Of a stretch of 64,000 nucleotides of DNA, positions 8,903 through 18,452 are shown piece by piece (the first letter of the stretch is position 1; the number at the start of each line of letters is the position of its first letter). The notes beneath the pieces are model-generated. The model did no database searches and was not told where the DNA came from. It saw only the letters and a program-made list of their open reading frames with translations. The translations under genes were made by a program, and so were the position numbers. The stretch comes from an uncultured Actinomycetes bacterium. GTDB taxonomy: Bacteria > Actinomycetota > Acidimicrobiia > IMCC26256 > JACDBD01. The stretch covers positions 15,688 through 79,687 of the forward strand of contig CAVYIP010000012.1 in assembly GCA_963768605.1 (NCBI GenBank), in the 5' to 3' direction.

Positions 8903-9878
8903 TCACAGGTATCGAGAGCGGTGTGACCGGTAGAACTCGACCGTCCTCGCGATCCCGTCGGCGAACGGCGTGCGCGGCTCCCATCCGAGGAGACGCTTCG
9001 CCTTCGACGAGTCGCCGTAGTACGAGCCGATGTCGATGGCGTCGCGGTCGTGCGGCCACGGCACCGACTCGATCGATCCCGACCCGGCTGCGGCGACGAC
9101 GGCCTCGGCGATCGCCCGCAGCGACAACCGCTCGTCGTTGCCGACGTTGAACACCTCGCCCGGCGCTTCGGTCGAGCGCGCCGTGAGCAGCAGGCACTCG
9201 ACGACGTCGTCGACGTAGAGGCAGTCGCGCTCCTGCGCGCCGTCCCCGAACACCGTGATCGGCTCGCCCGAGAGCGCGCGCCGCACGAAGATGGGCAGGA
9301 ACCCCTGCAGGTTGTCGCGGAGCCGTTGCCGCGGCCCGTACACGTTGGTGAGGCGGACCGAGCTGGCCCGAATCCCGTACAGCTCGCCGTAGAGCAGGTG
9401 CAGCTGCTCGGTCGCGGACTTGCTGATCCCGTTGACGTCGACCGGCGACACCGGATGGTCCTCGTCAACGGGCAGGTAGCGCGGATGCCCGAAGATCTGG
9501 CGCGTCGACGTGTACACCACGACGGCGTTCGAGCTCGCCTCACGCAGGATCTCGAGGAAGCCGAGCTGGCTCGCGGTGTTGATCTCGAGGTCGAAGCGCG
9601 GGCGCTCCATCGACTCGACGTGGCTGACCTGGCCCGCCAGGTTGAAGATCACCTCCGACGCGGTGGCCGCGTCACGGACGACATCCGACGTCGTCGACGT
9701 GCGCTTCGATGACGTCGATCGGGCCGGCAGCGCCGTCGAGGTTGACGCGATCACCGCCGTGGGAGGGCACGAGCGCGTCCACCACCGTCACCTCGGCACC
9801 GCCCGCCGACGAGCGCGAGCGCGAGGTTCGACCCGATGAAGCCCAGCCCGCCCGTGACCAGGCACCGACGACCAGCAA
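8903..9878 (-). CDS. NAD-dependent epimerase/dehydratase (extended SDR); two apparent frameshifts and an uncertain start
   Basis: CLVTGGLGFIGSNLALALVGG | GAEVTVVDALVPSHGG...IEAHVDDV | DVVRDAATASEVIFNLAGQ. Breaks lie near 9800-9808 and 9686-9692. No canonical start codon is in frame upstream. The expected YxxxK reads NGISK. Confidence 0.75.
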
Positions 9879-9927
9879 AGGAAGAGAGGAGCGACTCGTC
9901 CAGAGCCGTCAGCCTACCGGCGGAGCG

Positions 9928-10675
9928 TCATTTGCCGGGCGTCACGCCGAGGCGCAGCTGCGCCGCCGAGCGCGTCTCGCCGCGTGCTGTGAGCCACACC
10001 GACAGCACGTCGTCGTCGACCGTCGACCGGAGCTCGACGGGGTCGCCGGGCTCGATCGCCGCCCGGTGCTCGAGCTCGGCGCTCACGGGCACACGCGCGG
10101 GCGCCAGCGCGCGCCAGCTCGTCCTCGACCGCGAACCAGTACGCCGCGTTGTTGACGTGACGGAGCAGGTCGAAATCGCTGGTGCGGACGGGCCATGGGC
10201 GCACGTGCGCGTCGGCCGGCGGGTGTGGGAGCGACAGCCTGCCGCTGACCCTCCGGCCCGCGGCCGCGGCGCCGTAGTGGTCGAAGAACCAGTCCCCCAG
10301 CGGCGCCGGACGCCCGGCCCGGTCGACGTACACCCAGATCGCAACCGCCTCCGCGACCGAGGACCCGTCGACGGCAAGGGTCGTACGGCGCTCGGCCCAA
10401 CGGCCGCCGGTCCCGCTGCAGAACGTCGTGAGCTCCACGTCGTCCCCGTAACGCGGAGAGCGACCCAGTGCGAGCGCGGTGCGCCGCAACACCCACGCGC
10501 CGTCGATCCTGCTGTCGGCGACGTCGTCGACGTCGTCGGAGGCGACGTCCTGGAGGTAGCGCGCCACCGCGTCGAGCCGGAGTCGGTTCGCGCGGTTCAC
10601 ATCCCCGAGGCGGACTCGGCGGTGTGCCACGAAACGTCGCCCCTGCTCGGGGGGCGGGAGGAACTCGTGCTTCAC
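9928..10675 (-). CDS. acyl-ACP thioesterase-like hotdog-fold protein (one apparent frameshift near 10095-10112)
   Basis: VKHEFLPPPEQGRRF...RTSDFDLLRHVNNAAYWFAVEDELARA continues as RVPVSAELEHRAAIEPGDPVELRS in track ORF 9928..10377. Confidence 0.7.
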
Positions 10676-10769
10676 CGCGCGCCCCCGCGTGCCGAAGAAT
10701 CCGCGTGGACACTCTCGCACAGGCGTAGCGTGTCCGGCGCCTCGACCACGAGGAAGGACAGAGGCAGGC

Positions 10770-12980
10770 ATGGCACGTTTCCTCGACCGGCTCGGTCGGG
10801 CCGCGGCGCGGCGCAAGTGGATCACGATCGGGATTTGGGTCCTGGTCGCGGTGATCGTGTTCGCGTGGGCGAAGTCGGCGGGCGGGAAGACGACCGACGT
10901 GTACACGATTCCGGGCGCGCAGTCGCAGAACGCGCAGGACCTGCTCGAGGCGCGGTTCCCCGCCCAGGCGGGCGGCACGGCCAGCGTCGTGTTCCAGACA
11001 AAGAGCGGGACACTGAGCGATCCGGCCGACCAGGCCGCGATCGCGCAGACGGAGGCGAACCTCGCTCCCGGCAAGAGCCCGCACGTGACACAGGTCCTCG
11101 GCCCGACCACACCCGCCGTCGGCCCCGCGTTCGTCTCGAAGGACGGCACGATCGGCTACATACGCGTGCAGTACGACGAGAAGGCCACCAGCCTGCCGCC
11201 GGAGACCGTGAAGCAACTCGAAGCGGCTGCCGCACCGGTCGTACAGGCCGGGCTTCATGTCGAGTTCGGCGGCCCGGTCGTCGACTACCTCAGCCGCGAC
11301 GAGGGAGGCGACGCGGACGTCATCGGGCTCTTCTTCGCGGTGATCATCCTTCTGATCGCGTTCGGCTCCGTCGTCGCCATGAGCGTGCCGATCGGCACCG
11401 CGCTGTTCGGTCTCGCGATCGCCCTGTCGATCATCTCGCTCGTCGCCGCCGTCACCGACATCGGCACCGTTGCGCCGACACTCGCGACGATGATCGGCCT
11501 CGGCGTCGGCATCGACTACTCGCTGTTCATCGTCACGCGCCACCGCCAGAACCTGGCGGCGGGCATGGAGGTGAACGAGTCCATCGGCCTGGCCAACGGC
11601 ACCGCCGGACAGGCGGTGCTGTTCGCGGGAGGGACCGTCGTCATCGCGATCACCGGCCTGGCGCTTTCGGGGGTCCCGTACGTGACCCGTCTCGGGCTCA
11701 TGTCTGCGATCGCGGTGGCGGTGATGATGGCGGCGGCGGTCACGCTCGTCCCGGCTCTCCTCGGTTTGGCCGGACGGCACATCAACTCGATCCGCGTGCC
11801 GCATCTCCGCCGCAAGGCTCGCACCGCGGACCACCATTCGGTCACCGGCGCTCGCCCCGGCGGATGGGAACGGTGGGCGACGTTCATGTCGCGCCACCGC
11901 TGGCCCGCCGTGATCATCAGCCTGGCGATCCTGCTGACACTTGCGGCTCCAGTGCTGTCGATGCGCCTCGGCCAGACCGACGACGGCACTCTGCCGGACA
12001 GCCTCACCCAGCGACGCGCCTACGACCTCATCACGCAGGGCTTCGGTGCCGGGGCGAATGGGCCGCTGTTCCTCGCCGTCGCGCTGCCGCGACCCGGCGA
12101 CACGACCCCGGTGAACGCGATCGAGCAGGCCGTGGCGAAGGTCCCCGGAGTCCAGGTCACGCCGGCGCAGGTGAGCCCGGACGGATCGGCGGCGCTGGTC
12201 GTCGTGATCCCTCCGGGAGCGCCGCAGTCGGAGCAGACCGAGAACCTCGTGAACAACTTGCGCACCGACGTGCTGCCGCCGGCGGTGCAGGCAACAGGTG
12301 CAACCGTCTTCGTGGGTGGTCAGACGGCGGCGTTCGTCGACCTCGGTGAGCGCATCCAGGACCGGCTGCCGCTGTTCATCGGCGCTGTCGTGGGCCTGTC
12401 GTTCATCCTGCTCATGATGGTGTTCCGGTCCATCCTCGTGCCGCTGAAGGCGGCGATCATGAACTTGCTCTCGATCGCGGCCGCGTACGGCGTGATCGTC
12501 GCCATCTTCCAGTGGGGTTGGCTCAAGGGAATCGTCGGCCTCGACGAGACCGTCCCGATCGTGTCGTTCGTGCCGATGATCATGTTCGCAATCCTCTTCG
12601 GTCTGTCGATGGACTACGAGGTGTTCCTGCTCTCACGGATCCGAGAGGAGTACTACGAGAGCAAGGACAACCTGCGCAGCGTCATCGACGGTCTCGCCGC
12701 CACCGCGCGCGTGATCACCTCGGCTGCCTTGATCATGATCAGCGTGTTCCTGAGCTTCGTCGGCAACCCCGACCCGACGGTGAAGATGTTCGGTGTCGGG
12801 CTCGCCGTCGCCGTGTTCGTCGACGCGACGCTCGTCCGTCTCGTGCTCGTGCCGGCGACGATGGAGCTGCTCGGCCCGGCCAACTGGTGGCTTCCCGGCT
12901 GGCTGGGCCGGATCCTGCCCCGCATCCGCATCGAGGAGGGCGTGCCCACACCGGCCTCGGTCCCCGTCGCGGGTCGCTGA
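10770..12980 (+). CDS. MMPL-family RND-type membrane transporter
   Basis: ATG at 10770 follows AGGAAGGACAGAGG. The 736-aa protein has two TM bundles with GVGIDYSLFIVTRH and GLSMDYEVFLLSRIREE motifs. The frame is intact. Confidence 0.92.
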   Translation: MARFLDRLGRAAARRKWITIGIWVLVAVIVFAWAKSAGGKTTDVYTIPGAQSQNAQDLLEARFPAQAGGTASVVFQTKSGTLSDPADQAAIAQTEANLAPGKSPHVTQVLGPTTPAVGPAFVSKDGTIGYIRVQYDEKATSLPPETVKQLEAAAAPVVQAGLHVEFGGPVVDYLSRDEGGDADVIGLFFAVIILLIAFGSVVAMSVPIGTALFGLAIALSIISLVAAVTDIGTVAPTLATMIGLGVGIDYSLFIVTRHRQNLAAGMEVNESIGLANGTAGQAVLFAGGTVVIAITGLALSGVPYVTRLGLMSAIAVAVMMAAAVTLVPALLGLAGRHINSIRVPHLRRKARTADHHSVTGARPGGWERWATFMSRHRWPAVIISLAILLTLAAPVLSMRLGQTDDGTLPDSLTQRRAYDLITQGFGAGANGPLFLAVALPRPGDTTPVNAIEQAVAKVPGVQVTPAQVSPDGSAALVVVIPPGAPQSEQTENLVNNLRTDVLPPAVQATGATVFVGGQTAAFVDLGERIQDRLPLFIGAVVGLSFILLMMVFRSILVPLKAAIMNLLSIAAAYGVIVAIFQWGWLKGIVGLDETVPIVSFVPMIMFAILFGLSMDYEVFLLSRIREEYYESKDNLRSVIDGLAATARVITSAALIMISVFLSFVGNPDPTVKMFGVGLAVAVFVDATLVRLVLVPATMELLGPANWWLPGWLGRILPRIRIEEGVPTPASVPVAGR

Positions 12981-12984
12981 AGCG

Positions 12985-14562
12985 TTACTGCGGGCGGCGG
13001 TGGCGCAGGTCGTGGGCGACGACGCGACCGATGTGCGCGAAGACCGAGACGAGCGCGAGCCGCTCTCGGGCGGGAAGGTCCTGGAACGCGGTGCGCCCGT
13101 ACGCGCGCCACTGCTCACCGGGTCGGTGCGCCTCTTCGGCCCGGGCGAGCGCCTGCTGCTCGAGCTCGTCGGGGCAGCCGTTCTCGCTGAGCCCGCCTCC
13201 TCGCAGCCACTCGAGCGTGCTGCGGTAGCCGAGATCGAAGTCGCTCTCCCGCAGCGCGTGGGAGAGGAAGCCGCCGAAATGGAAGAGGAACTCGCCGGCG
13301 AGCATCTGCGCGACGGGGGTCGTCTGCGCTTCGGGGAGCACGAGCGGCGACACGACTTCGAGGGCGATTCGCTCCTTGCCCGCGACGCCGGCGATCTGCG
13401 CGACGACGTCGCGCAGGAGGTCCGTGGCCGGCTTGTCGGCGACGGGTTGCGGCGCAGCTGCCGCGGGGTCCTGCTCGTGGGCGCGGAGGGCGCGGCGCTG
13501 CCCCTCGATGATCCCGGTCGCCCGGACCAGCGCCTGGCGGAGGCGAGCGGCGGTGTCGCCGTCGAGGTCGTCGAGGACGGGCGCGATCTCGTCGAACAGC
13601 CGACCGGTCCAGTCGAGCCGGGTGTTGATCTGCTCGAGGTGCAGGAGGTCGTCGTACACCGACTGGGTCCGCTGCAGGTCGCGCGCTCGTAGCAGCGTCG
13701 CCAGCCACGTGGGCGGGTTCTGCTCGTCGGCCCACGCCGTCCCGATCGGAGCGCCGGTGGGGTTGGGATGGACGAGCAGCTGGATCCGCCGCGTGTCGGC
13801 CGCCGAGTCCTGATCCACCTCGCGCACGAGGTCGAGCGTCCGGGTGAGGGGCTCGCTGTCGAGGATGCCGCCGTCCGTGTACCAGAGGTGCTTCGACGGC
13901 GGGAAGTTCACGATGCCGCGGGCGCGGTACCCGGCTTCGTCGGCACCGCGGTCGAGCAGGACGGGCCGGAACGCCAGCGCGTTCGCCGCCGATGCCAGCG
14001 CCACGTCGGTGGGCGACGCCCGCGGCGGCTCGACGAGCTCGCGTGCCGGCTGTCCCGACGTGAACGTGAACGTCGCCCAGTCGAGGGACGTCGTCGCCCG
14101 CACCGCTTGGCGGGCCGAGAGCGTCGGGACGCGGTACTCGAGACCGCGCAGCGATGCCAACGCCATCACCATGCGGATCGGCGCGCGCTGGCAGGCGCCG
14201 ACGCGGTGAGCAGGCGCCCCGCGGTGGTCACGGGGATCGAGGAGGTCGACCGACGCCCGCCGCAACGCCTCGAGCGACAGCGGCTCGTCGGGAGCGTCGG
14301 TGCGCATCACCGCAAGTGAGTCGCGCTCGACCCATGCTTCGCGCATCACGTAGAGGGGATCGATGCCCTCGAGAAGGCACCGGGCCGCCAGCATCCCGGT
14401 GATCGACCCTGCCGACGCGCCCCCGATGGCGTCGATCCGGACTGCGGGATCGTCGCCCTGGCACAGCCCTCGGATCGCGCAGAGCAACGCCGCGAGCGCG
14501 CCGCCCTCGTATGCGCCGAGTGCGACCGCGCCCGAGATCGTGAGCGCGATGCGCAGCTTCAC
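12985..14562 (-). CDS. patatin-like phospholipase
   Basis: N-terminal glycine-rich segment SGAVALGAYEGG, nucleophile GGASAGS (GxSxG), and WYTDGGILD (Asp of the dyad). 525 aa with a long C-terminal extension. Confidence 0.88.
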   Translation of the reverse strand: MKLRIALTISGAVALGAYEGGALAALLCAIRGLCQGDDPAVRIDAIGGASAGSITGMLAARCLLEGIDPLYVMREAWVERDSLAVMRTDAPDEPLSLEALRRASVDLLDPRDHRGAPAHRVGACQRAPIRMVMALASLRGLEYRVPTLSARQAVRATTSLDWATFTFTSGQPARELVEPPRASPTDVALASAANALAFRPVLLDRGADEAGYRARGIVNFPPSKHLWYTDGGILDSEPLTRTLDLVREVDQDSAADTRRIQLLVHPNPTGAPIGTAWADEQNPPTWLATLLRARDLQRTQSVYDDLLHLEQINTRLDWTGRLFDEIAPVLDDLDGDTAARLRQALVRATGIIEGQRRALRAHEQDPAAAAPQPVADKPATDLLRDVVAQIAGVAGKERIALEVVSPLVLPEAQTTPVAQMLAGEFLFHFGGFLSHALRESDFDLGYRSTLEWLRGGGLSENGCPDELEQQALARAEEAHRPGEQWRAYGRTAFQDLPARERLALVSVFAHIGRVVAHDLRHRRPQ

Positions 14563-14575
14563 TCCCGGCGAGCCG

Positions 14576-15859
14576 TCAGCTCGCGGCGCGTTGCGTCCCG
14601 ACCTTGAGCTCGCGGAAGGGCATCGTCTTGACGCGGTCGGCGTCCGGCTCCTTGGGCAGCCCGAGGACGCGCTCGCCGATGATGTTCTTCTGCACCTCGT
14701 CGCTGCCGCCGTAGATCGACACCGCCGGCGCGAACAGCGCGAGCTCTTGCGCCACTCCCCCGCCCGGAGTCTCGGGGCCCATGAGCATCCCGTACGGCCC
14801 GAGGATCTCGAGACCGAGATCGCGTGACAGACGCGTGATGCGGCTCATGAGCAGCTTCGCCGTGTTGCCTTCGGGACCCGGCCCGCGCCCCGACGCCTTC
14901 GCCGCCTTCACCCGCAAGCTGGTGAACCGGCCGACCTCGTTGAGGATGTGCAGCTCCGCGAGCCGCTGGCGGATGTTCGGGTCCTGGTCGCGACCGACGT
15001 CCTTGGCCAGCTTCTCGAGCAGGTTCGATTGACGACCGGCCACGGCGCGCTCGGCGCGGTCCCTTCCCCGGCCGGCGGTGAGGTCGCCCACCCGCCGCTC
15101 GAGCTGGTTCGCCTTCTTCCCCGGCATCGCGCCGCCGACGGCTCCGCTGCCGCCGCTGCCGAGCCCGGCGCGCTCGTTCGCCAACGTCGTGTTGGCGACG
15201 GCCCAGCCGCCGTTCAGCTCGCCGATCATCGCCGACTGGTTCACGCGCGCGTCCGAGAAGAACACCTCGCTGAACAGCGACCGCCCCGTCATCTCGCGCA
15301 GCGGCCGCACCTCGACGCCCGGCTGGTCCATCTCGATGGCGAAGTACGAGATGCCCTTGTGCTTCGGCGCATCGGGATCGGTGCGCGCGACGAGCATGCC
15401 GAGGTCGGCGGTCTGACCTCCCGATGTCCAGACCTTCTGCCCGTTGACGATCCACTCGTCGCCGTCGCGCTCGGCGCGGCACTGGAGGCTGGCGAGGTCG
15501 GAGCCGGCGCCGGGCTCACTGAACAGCTGACACCACGCTTCCTGCCCGTTCAGGATCGGCCGCAGGTAGCGCTCGCGCTGCGCGTCGTCGCCGTGCGTCA
15601 GGATCGTCGGGCCGGCGAGCAGGACGCCGAGGCCCGAGGGCGGCCCGATCGCCCCCGCCGCCCGCAACTCCTCGCTCACGATCCCGGCGAGCTCGCGCGG
15701 CAGGCCCTTGCCGAACCACTGCTCGGGCCAGGTGGGGACGGCCCAGCCCGACTCGCTCAGCCGCTCCCACCACTCCGCCAGCGTGATCTCGGGATCCCAG
15801 TTGTCGGCAATCCAGCCGCGCACCTCGTCCCGCACCAGTTCGTCGGTGATGACCGCCAC
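14576..15859 (-). CDS. acyl-CoA dehydrogenase
   Basis: GTG at 15859 follows GAAGGGGGA. WCQLFSEPGAGSDLASL...DGDEWIVNGQKVWTSG is typical of FadE-type ACADs. Confidence 0.9.
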   Translation of the reverse strand: MAVITDELVRDEVRGWIADNWDPEITLAEWWERLSESGWAVPTWPEQWFGKGLPRELAGIVSEELRAAGAIGPPSGLGVLLAGPTILTHGDDAQRERYLRPILNGQEAWCQLFSEPGAGSDLASLQCRAERDGDEWIVNGQKVWTSGGQTADLGMLVARTDPDAPKHKGISYFAIEMDQPGVEVRPLREMTGRSLFSEVFFSDARVNQSAMIGELNGGWAVANTTLANERAGLGSGGSGAVGGAMPGKKANQLERRVGDLTAGRGRDRAERAVAGRQSNLLEKLAKDVGRDQDPNIRQRLAELHILNEVGRFTSLRVKAAKASGRGPGPEGNTAKLLMSRITRLSRDLGLEILGPYGMLMGPETPGGGVAQELALFAPAVSIYGGSDEVQKNIIGERVLGLPKEPDADRVKTMPFRELKVGTQRAAS

Positions 15860-15869
15860 GACTCCCCCT

Positions 15870-16223
15870 TCAGTCCAGTAGCTCGAGCACCTTCTCGGAC
15901 GGGCGCGCGATGACGGCACGCTCGCCCCGGAAGATCACCGGCCGCTGCATGAGCTCAGGATGCTCGAGGAGCAGCTCGATCACCGCGTCGCGCTTCGTGT
16001 AGTCCGACGCCGACAATCCCAGCTCCTCGAACCGCCGGTCGCGGCGGACGAGCTCCGCGGGCGGGACGCCGACGCTGTCGACGATGCGCTCGAGGCTCGC
16101 CCGGTCGGGTGGCGCCGTCAGGTACTCGACCACGTCGTGGTCGACGCCCTGGTCGGCGAGAATCTCCAGCGCGCCGCGGGACTTGCTGCAGCTCGGGTTG
16201 TGGTACACGAGCAGACGTTCCAC
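15870..16223 (-). CDS. arsC: ArsC-family arsenate reductase (glutaredoxin-type fold)
   Basis: 117 aa. YHNPSCSKSRGALEIL...LMQRPVIF...ARPSEKVLELL aligns along its full length with E. coli-type ArsC. Confidence 0.88.
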   Translation of the reverse strand: MERLLVYHNPSCSKSRGALEILADQGVDHDVVEYLTAPPDRASLERIVDSVGVPPAELVRRDRRFEELGLSASDYTKRDAVIELLLEHPELMQRPVIFRGERAVIARPSEKVLELLD

Positions 16224-16280
16224 ATCCGAAGGCTACCCTCGACTCGTAGCGGCGATGCCGAGCCGACACCGGAGGGGACC

Positions 16281-17409
16281 ATGGTCGAGACAGCGCGGCA
16301 GTTCCTCGGTCGCGACGACGTCGACAGCGTCGAGGCGATCCTCGCCGACGACAGCATCGACTTCGGCGACCTCGTGCACCCGACGCCGGCGCGCGGCGAG
16401 GCCATCTTCACGTGGGACTACGAGCGGTCCCGCCCCGGCCTTGCGAAGCTCTACGAGAAGGCCAAGACGTCGCAGTGGAACGGCTCGACCGATCTCGACT
16501 GGTCGACGCCCGTCGACCCCGAGCGGGTCGCGCTCGAGATGGCGCCGGCGGCGGCGATGTTCCAGCAGCGGATGGCGGAGCTGCCGGGCTCGCCCGTCGC
16601 GCGCTGGGGCACGAAGGAGTGGACGCAGTTCCAGGTCGAGGCGCTCAACTGGCGCATGAGCCAGTTCCTGCACGGTGAGCAGGGTGCGCTGATCTGCACG
16701 GCGAAGATCGTCGCCACGACGCCGTGGATCGACGCCAAGTACTACGCGGCGACCCAGGTCATGGACGAAGCCCGTCACGTCGAGGTCTTCTCCCGCTACC
16801 TCGACACGAAGCTCGAAGGCCACTACCCGGTCAACCCCGCGCTGCAGCTGCTCATCGACGACATCATCGGCGACTCGCGCTGGGACATGACGTACATGGG
16901 CATGCAGATCATGGTCGAGGGCCTGGCGCTCGCGGCGTTCGGTTTCATGCACCACGTCACTGAGGAGCCGCTCCTGAAGAAGCTCCTGCGCTACGTCATG
17001 GCGGACGAGGCCCGGCACGTCGCGTTCGGGGTGCTCTCGCTCCAGGAGTACTACGCGGGGCTCGGCGCCGCCGAGATCCGCGAACGGCAGGAGTTCGCGT
17101 TCGAGGCGGCGCTGCGGATGCGCGACCGTCTGATGATGCATCGCGTGTGGGAGACGATGGGCGTCGACAGGCGAACGGTGACCGAGTTCCTGCTCGGCAT
17201 GCGCCGGATGCGCAACAACCCGTTCCAAGCCGCGTTGTTCTCGAAGATCGTGCCCAACTGCAAGAAGCTCGGCCTCCTCGACGCCGGTGACGCATGGCTA
17301 CGCGACCGCTTCACCGACATCGGCGTGATCCAGTTCGAGGACGCCACCGACACCGGCGAGGAATACGAGGCCTTCGACGAGGTCGCCAAGGACCGCGCCG
17401 CCGAGTTAG
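16281..17409 (+). CDS. ferritin-like di-iron carboxylate protein (AurF-like oxygenase family); 3' end uncertain
   Basis: ATG at 16281 follows GGAGGGG. There are two E-x-x-H motifs (MDEARHVEVF and ADEARHVAFG). The frame has no stop until 18239, although two well-supported minus-strand genes occupy 17406-18451. Confidence 0.7.
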
Positions 17410-17789
17410 GGCACGTTCCTGGGTTCGACGCCGAGGGTCTGGATGAAGACCTGGATTCGCCGGATGCTGGCCTGCTCCGAGTCGCCGTCGAGGTCGAACA
17501 CGAGCGCCTCGGGCGTCGGGTGCGGCAGCCCTTCGACCTCGACCGTCTCGGTGAGCTCGACCACCGCCAGCCGTCGGTCGGCGGAGTACGTGACACGGTC
17601 GACGCGCATCTCGTAGCCGGGCAGCTTCGGCATCAGGTCGGCGATGAACGCGACGTACTCGGCCTTGTCGGGGTACTCGTCACCCCACGGGCCGACGCGC
17701 GTGAAGCCGTCGTCACTGAGACACGAGGCGAGCGCGTTCCAGTCGTGGCCGATGATCGCGTCGAGGTAGCGCTCGACGACGGCGGTCAC
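17406..17789 (-). CDS. SnoaL-like / NTF2-fold protein
   Basis: VTAVVERYLDAIIGHDWNALASCLSDDGFTRVGPWGDEY. The GTG at 17789 lies 2 nt after the upstream TAG. Confidence 0.7.
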   Translation of the reverse strand: MTAVVERYLDAIIGHDWNALASCLSDDGFTRVGPWGDEYPDKAEYVAFIADLMPKLPGYEMRVDRVTYSADRRLAVVELTETVEVEGLPHPTPEALVFDLDGDSEQASIRRIQVFIQTLGVEPRNVP

Positions 17790-17791
17790 GG

Positions 17792-18451
17792 CTACCAGCG
17801 CGGGCCGCGGCGCGTGACGGCGTCGGCCAGGAGCTCGTGGTACTTGGCACGCGGCACGTCGACGGCGCCGAGCGACGACAAGTGCGGCGTCGTCCACTGG
17901 ACGTCGAGGAGCGCCGCGTCGCCGTCTCGCAGGAGCTCGACCAGCGCGGCGAGCGCGGCCTTCCCGGCGTCGGTGACTCGGTGGAACATGGACTCCGCCG
18001 CGAACAGGCCGCCGATGGCGACGCCGTACACGCCGCCCGCGAGCTCGCCCTCCGGCGCCCATGCTTCGACGCTGTGCGCCCACCCCAACCCGTGCAGCGC
18101 CGTGTACGCGTCGACGAAGTCGTCGTCGATCCAGCCGTGCGGACGGGCCGGCTCGGCGCACGCCTGCATGACCGCGTCGAACGCCGTGTCGACGGTGATG
18201 ACGAACCTGCGCCGCGATCGACGCAACGACCGGCTCTGATGGAACGCGTCGAGGGGCACGATCCCGCGAGGGTCCGGCGACCACCACGCCACCGGTCCCC
18301 CGCGCCCGACCCGCATCGGGAACAGACCGCCGCGATAGGCCGCCAGCAGCGTGCCGGGCTCGAGGTCGGCGCCGACGCCGACGATCTCGGTCTCGTCGGC
18401 GGCGTCGGCCGCCGGCAACAGCCAGGACGTCGGCGGCGGCTCGATCGGCAC
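17792..18451 (-). CDS. aat: leucyl/phenylalanyl-tRNA--protein transferase
   Basis: YRGGLFPM...WWSPDPRGIV...GGVYGVAIGGLFAAESMFHRVTDAGKAAL matches Aat signature blocks. The GTG at 18451 lies directly after the upstream TAG. Confidence 0.88.
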   Translation of the reverse strand: MPIEPPPTSWLLPAADAADETEIVGVGADLEPGTLLAAYRGGLFPMRVGRGGPVAWWSPDPRGIVPLDAFHQSRSLRRSRRRFVITVDTAFDAVMQACAEPARPHGWIDDDFVDAYTALHGLGWAHSVEAWAPEGELAGGVYGVAIGGLFAAESMFHRVTDAGKAALAALVELLRDGDAALLDVQWTTPHLSSLGAVDVPRAKYHELLADAVTRRGPRW

Positions 18452-18452
18452 G

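Noticed and set aside
7125-9197. 690-aa minus-strand ORF, and the 546-aa ORF 7903..9543
   Set aside because: The 690-aa ORF is a chimera of the GT2 gene, out-of-frame DegT sequence, the DegT N-terminal part and upstream junk. The 546-aa ORF is Arg-rich and lies out of frame with the DegT and epimerase genes.
9836-12349. 837-aa plus-strand ORF, and the 604-aa minus-strand ORF 10083..11897, both overlapping mmpL
   Set aside because: Their composition is extremely rich in Arg/Pro/Gly/His and they carry no family motifs. They are out-of-frame or antisense to a clearly recognisable MMPL transporter. This is typical stop-codon-poor artefact in high-GC DNA.
12985-14562. Patatin-like phospholipase as a CBASS or other anti-phage effector
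   Set aside because: No cyclase/CD-NTase, SMODS, TIR or other defence partner is adjacent. The neighbours are mmpL, a thioesterase and an ACAD, which fits lipid metabolism.
15960-18239. 759-aa plus-strand ORF
   Set aside because: Only 16281 to about 17409 is the di-iron protein. The upstream part is antisense to arsC. The downstream part is antisense to the SnoaL-like and aat genes.
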